Of a stretch of DNA of 64,000 nt, positions 45,368 through 54,583 are shown piece after piece (the stretch's first letter is position 1; the number at the start of each line of letters is the position of its first letter). The translations under genes were made by a program, and so were the position numbers. Origin of the DNA: Bdellovibrionota bacterium (lineage in GTDB: Bacteria; Bdellovibrionota_C; UBA2361; OMII01); the NCBI GenBank assembly GCA_044337105.1, contig JBIIOE010000002.1:5511-69510 (forward strand), written 5' to 3'. The notes under the pieces were generated by a model. It made no database searches. It was not told the origin of the DNA and saw only the letters and a list, made by a program, of their open reading frames with translations.

Positions 45368-46090
45368 TTACGCCCCGAGGTATGCTTCTCGCACTCTGGG
45401 ATCGGAGGCCAACAAGGAGGAGTCGCCGGTCAGGGTGATTGTGCCGGTCTCCAAGACGTAGCCGCGAGTGGCGAGCTTCAAAGCAAGGTGCGCGTTCTGC
45501 TCGATGAGTAGGACGGTTAGCCCTTCTTCGTTCAATCTCGCAAGGGTGTCGAATATCTTGCGCACCAAGAGAGGAGCGATACCCATTGACGGCTCGTCGA
45601 GGAGCAGCATGCGTGGTTTGCTCATCAGGGCGCGTCCAATGGCGAGCATCTGTTGTTCACCACCTGAGAGCGTTCCACCGAGCTGGTTCGCGCGTTGACG
45701 AAGGATCGGAAACAGTAAGTACACGTATTCCTCTGAAGCGCGAATCTCCGCCTCGTCGCTCCGAGAGTATGCGCCCAGTCGTAAGTTATCGTTGACGGTG
45801 AGTCTGGGAAATATTCGACGGCCTTCGGGAACTTGGGCCAAACCGAGCGTCAAACGCTCATGTGCCGGCATCGATGTGATGTTAGAGCCGTCGAACCAAA
45901 TCTCACCACTCGTAATAGATTGGATACCGGAGATACACATGAGGGTGGTGGTTTTACCAGCACCGTTTGATCCGAGGAGCGTCACCGCCTCGCCAGGCAG
46001 GACGTCGAGGCTGATGTCCTGAAGCGCTTCGATTGGTCCGTAAGACGAGCGAATGTTTCGGACCGAAAGGAGAGGGGGGTTAGTGGTCAT
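45368..46090 (-). CDS. livF: branched-chain amino acid ABC transporter ATP-binding protein LivF
   Basis: Walker A 'GSNGAGKTT', signature 'LSGGEQQML', Walker B 'LLLDEPS'. Confidence 0.9.
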   Translation of the reverse strand: MTTNPPLLSVRNIRSSYGPIEALQDISLDVLPGEAVTLLGSNGAGKTTTLMCISGIQSITSGEIWFDGSNITSMPAHERLTLGLAQVPEGRRIFPRLTVNDNLRLGAYSRSDEAEIRASEEYVYLLFPILRQRANQLGGTLSGGEQQMLAIGRALMSKPRMLLLDEPSMGIAPLLVRKIFDTLARLNEEGLTVLLIEQNAHLALKLATRGYVLETGTITLTGDSSLLASDPRVREAYLGA

Positions 46091-47138
46091 GATTCGTATC
46101 CCCCAGATATGCGGCTATGACCTTCGGATCCCGCCTTACTACATCGGGGGGGCCTTCCGCTATCTTCTCGCCATACTCCAGCACAGTGATGTGATCCGAG
46201 ATCCCCATCACCAACTTCATGTGATGCTCAATTAGGAGCACGGTTGTTCCCCGTTCTCGGATCTTCGCTATGAGTGAGGTGAGTGCCCCCATCTCCGAAG
46301 GATTCATACCAGCCGCCGGTTCGTCCAACAGAATTAGGTGTGGCTTAGAGGCTAGAGCGCGCGCAATCTCCAGTCGTCGTTGGCTTCCGTAGGGAAGAGA
46401 GCTCGCTGGAGTATCTTCGACATCTGAAAGCCCCACAAAATTCAGGAGTTCCCGAGCCTCTTCGCGTCGTGTGTGTTCCTGTAGCCTAAAGCACTTGGTT
46501 CTGAGCAGCGCAGAGATAGGGTTGGTCTTGTGCACACTTTGCATGCCCATCAGCACATTCTCGAGAGCGCTCATGCTCCGGAACAAGCGGATGTTCTGGA
46601 AGGTACGTGAGATCTTTCTTTGAACCGCCGTGTATGGGGTGTGTCTGGTTCGTTGCCACATGGTGAAGGAGCCGGCTGCGGCAAGTAGCGAGCCGAAGCT
46701 GAAGATTCCCCACGTGAGAGAGGGGTCTTGCGATCGTAGTGTCGATAGAAAAGCAGTGGCGCCGGCAGCCCAGTCGAATGGCTGCTCATAGACATACAAT
46801 TGATTAATCGAGGCATCCCACAAGCTCTGTGCATTGATGCCGAGCATCAATGCTGCGCCGAAGGCCATTCCCGTAGCGAGGCACTTGCCGAGGACGGCCC
46901 ATTTCAGAGGCTCGCGGATATCCTGACCATGCACCTCAATCGTGCCCGAGCTCGGAGCGTATATCCCCGTTACGCAATTGAAGACAGTTGTTTTGCCGGC
47001 ACCGTTGGGTCCGATGACGGCAGCTATCTGCTTGTTTGTCACGTTGAGCGTGACATCGTGAGCTGCGGTGAGTCCACCAAACTTCACGGTGACGTTACGG
47101 AGTGCCAAGAGGGGAGTGGCGTCATTCGTCATGGTCAC
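46080..47138 (-). CDS. livG: branched-chain amino acid ABC transporter ATP-binding protein LivG with ~95-aa hydrophobic insertion
   Basis: Walker A 'GPNGAGKTTVFN', 'RTFQNIRLF', signature 'LPYGSQRRLEIARAL'. An insertion of about 95 aa with two hydrophobic segments sits between the Q-loop region and 'RTFQ', making it 352 aa against about 255 aa for the canonical protein. Confidence 0.85.
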   Translation of the reverse strand: MTMTNDATPLLALRNVTVKFGGLTAAHDVTLNVTNKQIAAVIGPNGAGKTTVFNCVTGIYAPSSGTIEVHGQDIREPLKWAVLGKCLATGMAFGAALMLGINAQSLWDASINQLYVYEQPFDWAAGATAFLSTLRSQDPSLTWGIFSFGSLLAAAGSFTMWQRTRHTPYTAVQRKISRTFQNIRLFRSMSALENVLMGMQSVHKTNPISALLRTKCFRLQEHTRREEARELLNFVGLSDVEDTPASSLPYGSQRRLEIARALASKPHLILLDEPAAGMNPSEMGALTSLIAKIRERGTTVLLIEHHMKLVMGISDHITVLEYGEKIAEGPPDVVRRDPKVIAAYLGDTNHDH

Positions 47139-48151
47139 CTTTCTCCTGATTCACGAGGAGGCATGAGCCCTTGACTCTTGAAGCGCATCATGAGCACTAA
47201 TGCCAACCCGAATATCATGTACTTCCAGTTCGCCGGTGAAAGGAGCACATTTGAACTTCCGGTGCTCATGTTCGAAAGCCAATCGGCTAGCTTCGCCAGA
47301 ACGATCGAGTTGATTCCTACCATGATGATGGCCCCGAGGATCGCACCTGGTATGCTACCGAGGCCGCCTACGATGACCATAGAGAGCGCCATGATCGACA
47401 CCTGAAAATCGTAATTACTCGGCTCTCCGCTCGAACCTAGGAAGCTCGCCAAAAGGGCACCTGCTACGGCGCACAGCCCCGCAGAGATGGAGAATGTCGA
47501 AAGCTTGGTACGTGCTGGATTGACCCCCATACACGAAGCTGCGAGTTCATCGTCTCTGAGAGCGAGCCATGAGCGGCCAGTGGGAGAATGCAACAGGCGC
47601 TGCATGAGAAAGGCTGCCAGAGCTACTATCGAGAGGATGAGGTAATACCACCCCGAGGGAGAAGTGCTCGAGATTTGTAACGACGCGATCGAGGGTCCTT
47701 TGAGCGGATTGATCCCTTGAGTCCCTTTGGTGATTGCATCGAGATTACGGAGGACGTCCTGTACGATCTCACCGAATCCAAGCGTTACTATTGCAAGGTA
47801 GTCCCCGCGCAACCGCATCGTAGGGAGAGCCAAGAGTGCGCCTGTGGCCATACCTACGATCCCTGCCAATAGTACGGCGCATACCCACGGGATCTGGAAC
47901 GGGTAGATGGAGCAGGTGGCGATAGCGAAGGTATATGCCCCTATCGCCACGAAAGCGGCGACGCCGAGGTGCAGGAGTCCAGTGAAGCCGGTGGCTACCG
48001 AGAGCCCCAGTCCGACCAGCGAGAAGATCAGCACAGGAGGCATGAGTGGGGTGATCTGCAGAGCTGTAGGCAAGAGTGCATCGATGAGTGGAACCAGGGC
48101 CATTATTCCCAGGAGTGCGATCAGTCGCATGTCGATCTGTGTTCTCTTCAT
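47135..48151 (-). CDS. livM: branched-chain amino acid ABC transporter permease LivM
   Basis: Multi-TM permease with the LivM-type conserved region. Start set at the internal Met ('MKRTQIDMRL') preceded by an AGGAGA RBS, 14 nt after the livH stop. Confidence 0.85.
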   Translation of the reverse strand: MKRTQIDMRLIALLGIMALVPLIDALLPTALQITPLMPPVLIFSLVGLGLSVATGFTGLLHLGVAAFVAIGAYTFAIATCSIYPFQIPWVCAVLLAGIVGMATGALLALPTMRLRGDYLAIVTLGFGEIVQDVLRNLDAITKGTQGINPLKGPSIASLQISSTSPSGWYYLILSIVALAAFLMQRLLHSPTGRSWLALRDDELAASCMGVNPARTKLSTFSISAGLCAVAGALLASFLGSSGEPSNYDFQVSIMALSMVIVGGLGSIPGAILGAIIMVGINSIVLAKLADWLSNMSTGSSNVLLSPANWKYMIFGLALVLMMRFKSQGLMPPRESGER

Positions 48152-48165
48152 AAGAAATGAACGCT

Positions 48166-49143
48166 CTATACCTTCTCCTTGACTGCCCTTCCCAGCAGGC
48201 CTGCGGGTCGAAAAATCAAAACTCCGATGAGAATCATGAATACGATGGTATTGGTCCATTCGGTAGAGATGTATTGATCGCTCATAGCTCGGATGAGCCC
48301 GATGAGGATTCCACCAACGACGGAGCCGACGAGGTTCCCGATGCCGCCGAGCACAGCAGCGGTGAATGCGTCGATACCTACTCGATATCCCATCTGGAAG
48401 AACACGGTGTTGTTGTATAGAGCATAGATGATGCTAGCGACACCAGCCAACGCACCACCGAGCACAAAGGTGAGGCTTATGATGCGATCAACATCGATAC
48501 CGACGAGCCTCGCAGCGACTGGATTCTGAGCCACGGCCCGCATTGCTCGACCGAATTGCGTGCGCGTGACTACGAGAACGAGAATCAGCAGCAATGGCAG
48601 AGTCACCGACATGACCAAGAGATCCTTCGGCGAGAGGAGGATAAAAGAGGACTCTCCCAAGAGATTCGTGTTGGAGACCAGCTGCGGGAAGTCTTTAGGA
48701 GATGCTGCCGATGCTCCCATGTCGAATGCCGACATCGGAAGCCCTCCCCAGAATAAGCCCACATTGAGCAGGATAAAGGAGACCCCAAGTGCCGATACGA
48801 GTGGTACGAGTCGTGGGGCGTTTCTCAAGGGGCGGTATGCAAGTCGGTCGATAAGCCAATTCAGCGCGCCGCAGAAAAGTGGTACGAGCGTGAACAGCAG
48901 CACAAACGACGTCCACCACATCACAGTACCGACCTCGGACGCCGAGGGGAGCGGAGCTAGACCCAGCCCTCCCAAAATCGTGAGTGCGCAAAACCCACCC
49001 AGCATGAAGAGGTCCCCGTGTGCAAAGTTGATGAGTTCCACCAACCCGTACACCATGGTGTAACCGAGGGCGATCAGAGCGATGATCATCCCATTTGAAA
49101 GCCCGATGATGAGCTGTTGAACGAGAACCTCTGCAGTATCCAT
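48166..49143 (-). CDS. livH: branched-chain amino acid ABC transporter permease LivH
   Basis: 'ELINFAHGDLFMLGGF' N-terminal LivH signature. 8 TM helices. Confidence 0.9.
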   Translation of the reverse strand: MDTAEVLVQQLIIGLSNGMIIALIALGYTMVYGLVELINFAHGDLFMLGGFCALTILGGLGLAPLPSASEVGTVMWWTSFVLLFTLVPLFCGALNWLIDRLAYRPLRNAPRLVPLVSALGVSFILLNVGLFWGGLPMSAFDMGASAASPKDFPQLVSNTNLLGESSFILLSPKDLLVMSVTLPLLLILVLVVTRTQFGRAMRAVAQNPVAARLVGIDVDRIISLTFVLGGALAGVASIIYALYNNTVFFQMGYRVGIDAFTAAVLGGIGNLVGSVVGGILIGLIRAMSDQYISTEWTNTIVFMILIGVLIFRPAGLLGRAVKEKV

Positions 49144-49149
49144 GCTAGT

Positions 49150-50349
49150 TTATTCGAGTACCTTCGAGAGAACGAACGTGCCGTTCTCGACCACATTGCC
49201 ACTCATCGTCCGCAGAGTCGTGTCGCCGTTGGAATCGAACGACCAGGTTCCCAAAGCGCCTTGATAATCCTTGGTTTCCGCGATCGCAGCGATTATTCCG
49301 GCGCGATCCTTTGTGGTTGCTTTGCCGATAGCATGTATGACGGCTTTGGCTGCTTCATAGCCGTACGCCGCGTACCCTTCGGGTTCGGAGTTGTAGGTGG
49401 CCTTGTAACTTTCATAGAATTTCTGCCCGATTCCTTTGAGCTGGTTAGCTGGCACACCACCGAAGGTTATGTAGGTATTTCCTTGTACCGCCTCGGCACC
49501 TGCCGATTCGATGAAGGCGGTCTCGTAACAGCCGTCTGGCACCATGAATTTGCTGGTAAGACCGGTGGCTCGTAGATCCTTGATGAGCTGGCCTGCGTTT
49601 GTTTGAGTAGTTCCTCCGAAATACACGAGATCCGGCCTGGTCTGTTTGATCTTCACAGCGAGTGATCGGTAGTTCGACGCCTTAGGGTCGATCTTGTCGA
49701 ATCCGAGGATTGAGAAGTTACGAGCGGTAGCGCCTTTTTTGAACATCGTGGCAACCCCTTTACCGTAGAGCTCCCCGTCGTGAAGTATGTATACGGACTT
49801 CACTCCGAGCTCTTGCGCCCATTGTGCGCCCACATCGCCTTGGAGGTCGTCCGCAGGTACGACTCGGAAGAAGGTCACCTTATTAGACGGGCGGTAGATG
49901 CTGGGTTCGTTCGGTTCCCCGAGCCCTGGCTTCGTGAGACCTGGCCATGATGCGGCGGGAGAAACCATCAGAAGCCCTGCTTGATTGAGCTTGGGCATAC
50001 TGATCTTGGCTGCGCCGGAGTTATAGGGTCCGAGATAGGCCACGATTGAAGGGTCTTGAATCGCTTTATCAGCGTTGGCCGCCTCGACAGCAGGGTCCCA
50101 GCTTCCGCGTGCTGGAGAGGAGTCGTCCCAATCCTCGTACTGGAGCGAGACATCGCCTACTTTGCCGCTGGCCTCTTTGAGCGCAAGTCTAATGCCGTTG
50201 GCGATGCTGGTAGCTTGCGCATTCGCGCTGCCAGTTTTGGGAAGGCTCGACACGATCTTGAGGCTCGTATCGGCGTACACGGCAGGAGCGCACAGGAAGA
50301 GTGCAGCTATCGTGGCGAAAAGTGACCTGGTGAGATCGAATGACTTCAT
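49150..50349 (-). CDS. livK: branched-chain amino acid ABC transporter substrate-binding protein (LivK/LivJ family)
   Basis: Signal peptide and type I periplasmic-binding fold ('VGPYNSGAA', 'VYFGG'). First gene of the liv operon on the minus strand. Confidence 0.85.
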   Translation of the reverse strand: MKSFDLTRSLFATIAALFLCAPAVYADTSLKIVSSLPKTGSANAQATSIANGIRLALKEASGKVGDVSLQYEDWDDSSPARGSWDPAVEAANADKAIQDPSIVAYLGPYNSGAAKISMPKLNQAGLLMVSPAASWPGLTKPGLGEPNEPSIYRPSNKVTFFRVVPADDLQGDVGAQWAQELGVKSVYILHDGELYGKGVATMFKKGATARNFSILGFDKIDPKASNYRSLAVKIKQTRPDLVYFGGTTQTNAGQLIKDLRATGLTSKFMVPDGCYETAFIESAGAEAVQGNTYITFGGVPANQLKGIGQKFYESYKATYNSEPEGYAAYGYEAAKAVIHAIGKATTKDRAGIIAAIAETKDYQGALGTWSFDSNGDTTLRTMSGNVVENGTFVLSKVLE

Positions 50350-50686
50350 AGAGCGTACCTCCGTAATGTGAGCGAGTATTGCACGGGAGGCGGTTGAGCC
50401 GGAAGTGCCATGAAGTCGGTAGGCTTGGACAGATGTAGAGAGCAGGGGAGTGTAGAACCTTACGCGGCCGTGGGTGCTGCCTCTGTTTACCAGAAATCCA
50501 CATGAGGAGGCTCATTTCGTGCGCAGTGGCCCTCGCAGTAGAGCTGGGCTTGGCTCCGCTTTCCGAGGTGACTCCTCTCATGTCGACAGGCGGCAGTTGT
50601 TGATATCTCCGTGCTCCATGTCCGACATCCACGTGTCAGAAGATGTCGGCAATCGCTTCAACGGATAATGCTCTGGAGATTTCATT

Positions 50687-51442
50687 ATGACCATGCTCGA
50701 ACGTTTCATGACCGGTAATCGCAGCTCTCGCGGGGGGTACCTTCGCGAGCGAATCAGGGAGAACGTCGGGCGTAGGGAGCGGGGCGCATCTACGGTCGCT
50801 GGTGGATTCATGATAATCGACGGGCTCCGTCGTCGTGGCGTGAGTGGCCTGATAGAAAGTGTGTTGGGGGCAAGTCTCTTGTACCGCGGAAGCACAGGCT
50901 TCTGCTGGCTTTACAACATGCTGAACATAGATATGGCAGAAGAGCGTGAAGGACGTCCGAGTATACGAGTTCAACGGACTATCACCATCGATCGGGATCC
51001 TCAGACGGTGTACTCTGTGTGGCGAAGATTCGAGAATCTTCCGCGCTTTCTTCACCACGTCGAATCGATCTCTCCCTTGGACGGTAATCGCTTTCGCTGG
51101 GTAGTTCGAGGACCCCAGGGCCGGAAGGTCGAGTGGAATGCCGAGATCGTCGAAGACGTACCAGGGCACCACTTAGCGTGGCGTTCGGAGGAAGGGGCGC
51201 CCTTGCGACACTCAGGTGCGGTGGGGTTCCTGCCCCTCGAGGGCGGGCGTGCCACTGAGGTGAAGGTGTCTCTGCAGTACGAGCCAACTCGGGGCGCCTT
51301 CCGGGATGTCGTGAGCAGACTTCTCGGCGATGATCCGCGGAGGCAGATACGTGAGGATCTCGAGCGATTTAAGCGTGTGGCCGAAGAGGAGAGTGGCTTC
51401 GAATCGCGTGGGTGGCCGCAGGAGTCGCCTCGGGTGGTCTAG
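50687..51442 (+). CDS. SRPBCC (polyketide cyclase/dehydrase-like) protein with N-terminal DUF2892/YgaP-like segment
   Basis: 'VQRTITIDRDPQTVYSVWRRFENLPRFLHHVESI' starts a Bet v1-like START fold. A short N-terminal hydrophobic patch is present. Confidence 0.6.
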   Translation: MTMLERFMTGNRSSRGGYLRERIRENVGRRERGASTVAGGFMIIDGLRRRGVSGLIESVLGASLLYRGSTGFCWLYNMLNIDMAEEREGRPSIRVQRTITIDRDPQTVYSVWRRFENLPRFLHHVESISPLDGNRFRWVVRGPQGRKVEWNAEIVEDVPGHHLAWRSEEGAPLRHSGAVGFLPLEGGRATEVKVSLQYEPTRGAFRDVVSRLLGDDPRRQIREDLERFKRVAEEESGFESRGWPQESPRVV

Positions 51443-51459
51443 CTAAGCCAGGCAAAGCC

Positions 51460-51566
51460 GGGGCGAAGCGAGGACATAGAGCCTTCGTCGCGCGTGTTTC
51501 TATCAGGAAGCGAGGCGAGGCCTCTACTGCCGCAGCAGGGAGGGGTTTTGCCCTGCTTCCATAAGG
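51460..51566. repeat. family-1 inverted-repeat element, degenerate copy E
   Basis: GGGGCGAAGCGAGGACATAG...GGAAGCGAGGCGAGG...GCAGCAGGGAGGGGTTTTGCCCTGCTTCC retains the family end motifs. Intergenic, between the SRPBCC gene and tlyA. Confidence 0.55.
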
Positions 51567-51603
51567 GACGACTTGAGCACGTGGATATGTCATACTCGTA
51601 TCC

Positions 51604-52359
51604 ATGAGTTCCAGAGCCAAAGAGAAGCGTGCGTTGATAGATCGGATAGTACGAGACGGGTTATGTCCGGATCGTGATTCGGCGGAAAAGCACATTCGCG
51701 CTGGGCTCGTTCGTGTGAGGGACGAGGTCGTCGATAAGCCGGGAGCGATTGTCGACGACAAGGTTCCGGTCTCCCTCATGCCGCGTCGCGAATACGTTGG
51801 CCGTGGTGCTCTCAAACTCGAAGCCGCCCTGAAACATTTTGCGATCTCGCCGCAGGGGATGGTGTGTGCGGATGTTGGAGCATGCACTGGTGGTTTTACG
51901 GACGTCCTGCTCCGTTCGGGTGCTTTACGGGTCTACGCGATCGACGTTGGATACGGCGACCTCGATTGGCGCATCCGCACGGATCCGCGGGTGGTGGTGA
52001 TGGAGCGCACCAATGCGCGTTACCTAGAGAAGCTTCCCGAGGCTATCACGTTCGTATCTATCGATGTCTCTTTCATCTCACTGACGCAGATCCTGCCAGC
52101 GGTGTGTCGGTGGTTAGGAGAGCACGCAACGATTGTGGCTCTCGTCAAACCCCAATTCGAGGCAGCTCGCGATCAGGTGGGAGAGGGTGGAATTGTGACG
52201 AACTCCGATGTGCACGATCAGGTAGTCGAAAAAATCGTCGAGTTCCTACCAGCTATTGGACTCACCTTCCGCGGTCTTAAGCCATCTCCGATCTTAGGCG
52301 CAGAGGGTAACAAAGAGTTCCTCTTGTGGTGCGAGCGGGTCGCTCAAGCTAAAGCTTGA
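51604..52359 (+). CDS. tlyA: TlyA family rRNA 2'-O-methyltransferase (S4 domain + FtsJ-like MTase)
   Basis: S4-like N-terminus 'RIVRDGLCPDRDSAEKHIRAGLVRV' and the SAM motif 'CADVGACTGGFTDVLL'. Confidence 0.85.
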   Translation: MSSRAKEKRALIDRIVRDGLCPDRDSAEKHIRAGLVRVRDEVVDKPGAIVDDKVPVSLMPRREYVGRGALKLEAALKHFAISPQGMVCADVGACTGGFTDVLLRSGALRVYAIDVGYGDLDWRIRTDPRVVVMERTNARYLEKLPEAITFVSIDVSFISLTQILPAVCRWLGEHATIVALVKPQFEAARDQVGEGGIVTNSDVHDQVVEKIVEFLPAIGLTFRGLKPSPILGAEGNKEFLLWCERVAQAKA

Positions 52360-52528
52360 GAAAGCGAAGCGAACACTTTCCCCGCTTGAGTGGCGCTCTT
52401 TTTTGGGTTTTGCCGCAGTACCGTGGCAAAGTTCGATCTCGACATGATCGTACTCATTTCGACTTTTCTTTTTCGGCGTTACACCACATCCCATTGTCCC
52501 ACCTTTTCTAGAGCACAAACAAGGAAAG

Positions 52529-53932
52529 ATGTTTATGAAAACTTACCGACTCGCATGTTCTCGTCACGTGACTCCTCTGGCTTTCGCAGCCCTGACAGCT
52601 CTACTTGGAGGGGGAAGTACCAGCGCGTTGGCAGAGCCGCCTATTGTATACAGAGAGACATTCGGCTTTTGTACTGGCAGCGTAGGTCCGTTAGCGGCCG
52701 ATGACGCAGGGTGGTACGGTCTTAAAAGTGGTCTTCCTAAGGCTAAGTTCAGTAACTTGAAGGTGTTCTCGTATGGCACGCCGCGTATAGGAGGTTCGGT
52801 AAATAGTAATCCTGCAGGATTGGCCCAGGGATACAGCTTCTGGTTCCGGCCCACTTATGGGCTCACGATACTCACTCGTGAATTCCCTTTCGATGCTGCC
52901 CTACTTTCGGACCCAACTACTGAGGTGGCGTACGAGCAGCGGCTCAGTGGAATCAACCAGTCCGGGACTCCAAACCGTACCCAACTTGCATTTCAAATCG
53001 ACGGAGTGTGGTACATCTCCGAGGAGGCGATCGCGCAATCCAATGGAGGTGCGGCCTGGGAAGGTGTCAGTGTGTTCCCGGCTGGATTGAAGTACGGTGC
53101 AGTAGCAGTGGTTGGAGACATAGGACCCGAGATCCCATTGTCATACAACACAAGCCTACCGACGACAGGGACGGTAGAAGCCTTCGGTGTCTTCGTCGGT
53201 GAGGTCAATGGGCGTGTGCGTATCGAGAATTTCACCATCCGAGGCACGCCGTCTGCCGGTAAATCGTTCTCTACAGCTGTCCAACAGTCAAATGTTGCAG
53301 CGTGCCCAGTCACGAGCCCTGATCGACAAGGAATCGTATCTCCGACACCGAATCCTGATCCAGATGACTTAGGCAGTGGAGGAGACGATTCCGCCGGACC
53401 TCCGGACAGAGAGGTGCCTGATGAAACTCCTCCTCCTCAATTGACGCCAGGTGCAGTGAAGTTCATTTTCTGTCCTGCTAGCGAACTGGGAACTGGTAAG
53501 AGCGTTAAATTTCCAGCCAGAGCTCGTAGGGCACTGTTGAAGGTCTCGCGTAATCCCACTGCGATGGATTTACGAGATCAGGCCATTCTTGCAGTAATGT
53601 CTCAACGGGTGATGCCGTTGGGCGCATTGGTGAATGTGAGGGTTGCTGATTTCAATTCGAGCAACGGAACTCTTGCAGTTGTCGTTAGGAAGGGGGCTGC
53701 GCCCATGAAGATAAAGTTGAATAGCAGTGCAAAGAACGCGATCATCAATTACATGGCGCTAGCCGGTCTCGGACGCGATGCCACGTCGCCACTCTTCTTG
53801 AAAACTGACAAGAGGACGAAGTTGCTGGATGCTTCGCATGCAGCATGTTCTCGGGATCTCCGAAGTGTTGTTACTCAGAGAGCACGCCGAGCGAAGATTC
53901 CAGCGGCTGGACTCTTCGTGCGCGTTAGGTAG
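52529..53932 (+). CDS. hypothetical secreted protein. C-terminal ~110 aa resemble the N-terminal part of a tyrosine-recombinase catalytic domain
   Basis: Signal peptide. C-terminal 'LRDQAILAVM..GALVNVRVADFNSSNGTLAVVVRKGAAPMKIKLNSSAKNAIINYM' resembles the integrase 'rdrall..lllyTGlRisEl..L...Di....g.i.v..gKg.k.r.vpl' core. The ORF ends before the HxxR/Y catalytic residues. Confidence 0.3.
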   Translation: MFMKTYRLACSRHVTPLAFAALTALLGGGSTSALAEPPIVYRETFGFCTGSVGPLAADDAGWYGLKSGLPKAKFSNLKVFSYGTPRIGGSVNSNPAGLAQGYSFWFRPTYGLTILTREFPFDAALLSDPTTEVAYEQRLSGINQSGTPNRTQLAFQIDGVWYISEEAIAQSNGGAAWEGVSVFPAGLKYGAVAVVGDIGPEIPLSYNTSLPTTGTVEAFGVFVGEVNGRVRIENFTIRGTPSAGKSFSTAVQQSNVAACPVTSPDRQGIVSPTPNPDPDDLGSGGDDSAGPPDREVPDETPPPQLTPGAVKFIFCPASELGTGKSVKFPARARRALLKVSRNPTAMDLRDQAILAVMSQRVMPLGALVNVRVADFNSSNGTLAVVVRKGAAPMKIKLNSSAKNAIINYMALAGLGRDATSPLFLKTDKRTKLLDASHAACSRDLRSVVTQRARRAKIPAAGLFVRVR

Positions 53933-54142
53933 GACGGGCGAAATACCGCAGTGCTTCCGCTACGGTTGGTTGAGCAAACCATTGCTAGGGGATTGATTGA
54001 TCGATCGTTGGCGGGTTGGCCACGAGTTCGCCGGGGCGGCTTTTAGGCGGGCCGCAGATGCTCCTCTCTGCAGGCGCAGAGAGGAGCTCGAATCTAGTGC
54101 GGAGGCGTTCGTCGTGCTGTTGACGGAGTGCGCACTGTTCCT

Positions 54143-54529
54143 CTATAAGCGCTCGGAGAGGAGTCGACATGCATCGGTTACGGTGAATATCCCCACGACC
54201 TTCTCCGCTTCGTTTACCACTACAGCTGAGCCTACGCCTGTTTCAGCCATGTATGCGGCAACATTCTTGACCGGCTCGTTGAGCGCAACAGTATACACAT
54301 CGGTGCTACACACATCGCTGATTATCAAAGCCTCGCCTCGCTCACTCTGGATATCGTGAACCAGCTTTAGATCTCTGTCGCTTACGAGCCCGACGCACTC
54401 GCCGCCGCGGAGAACCGGGATGTGGCGAATGCCGCGCACGACCATCTCGTGCTTGGCGCGAGACACGGGCTGGTCATCGCCAATGGTGAAGGGGGTTTGA
54501 GTCATCACATCTTTGATCTCTGTATTCAT
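54143..54529 (-). CDS. CBS-domain pair protein
   Basis: 'IKDVMTQTPFTIGDDQPVSRA' and 'AYMAETGVGSAVVVNEAEKVVGIFTVTD' form two CBS motifs. Start trimmed to 'MNTEIKD'. Confidence 0.75.
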   Translation of the reverse strand: MNTEIKDVMTQTPFTIGDDQPVSRAKHEMVVRGIRHIPVLRGGECVGLVSDRDLKLVHDIQSERGEALIISDVCSTDVYTVALNEPVKNVAAYMAETGVGSAVVVNEAEKVVGIFTVTDACRLLSERL

Positions 54530-54583
54530 AATCCATCCTTTGTGGGTAAACTTCAGAGCCCGTATACTTTCAAAGCGAAGCTC

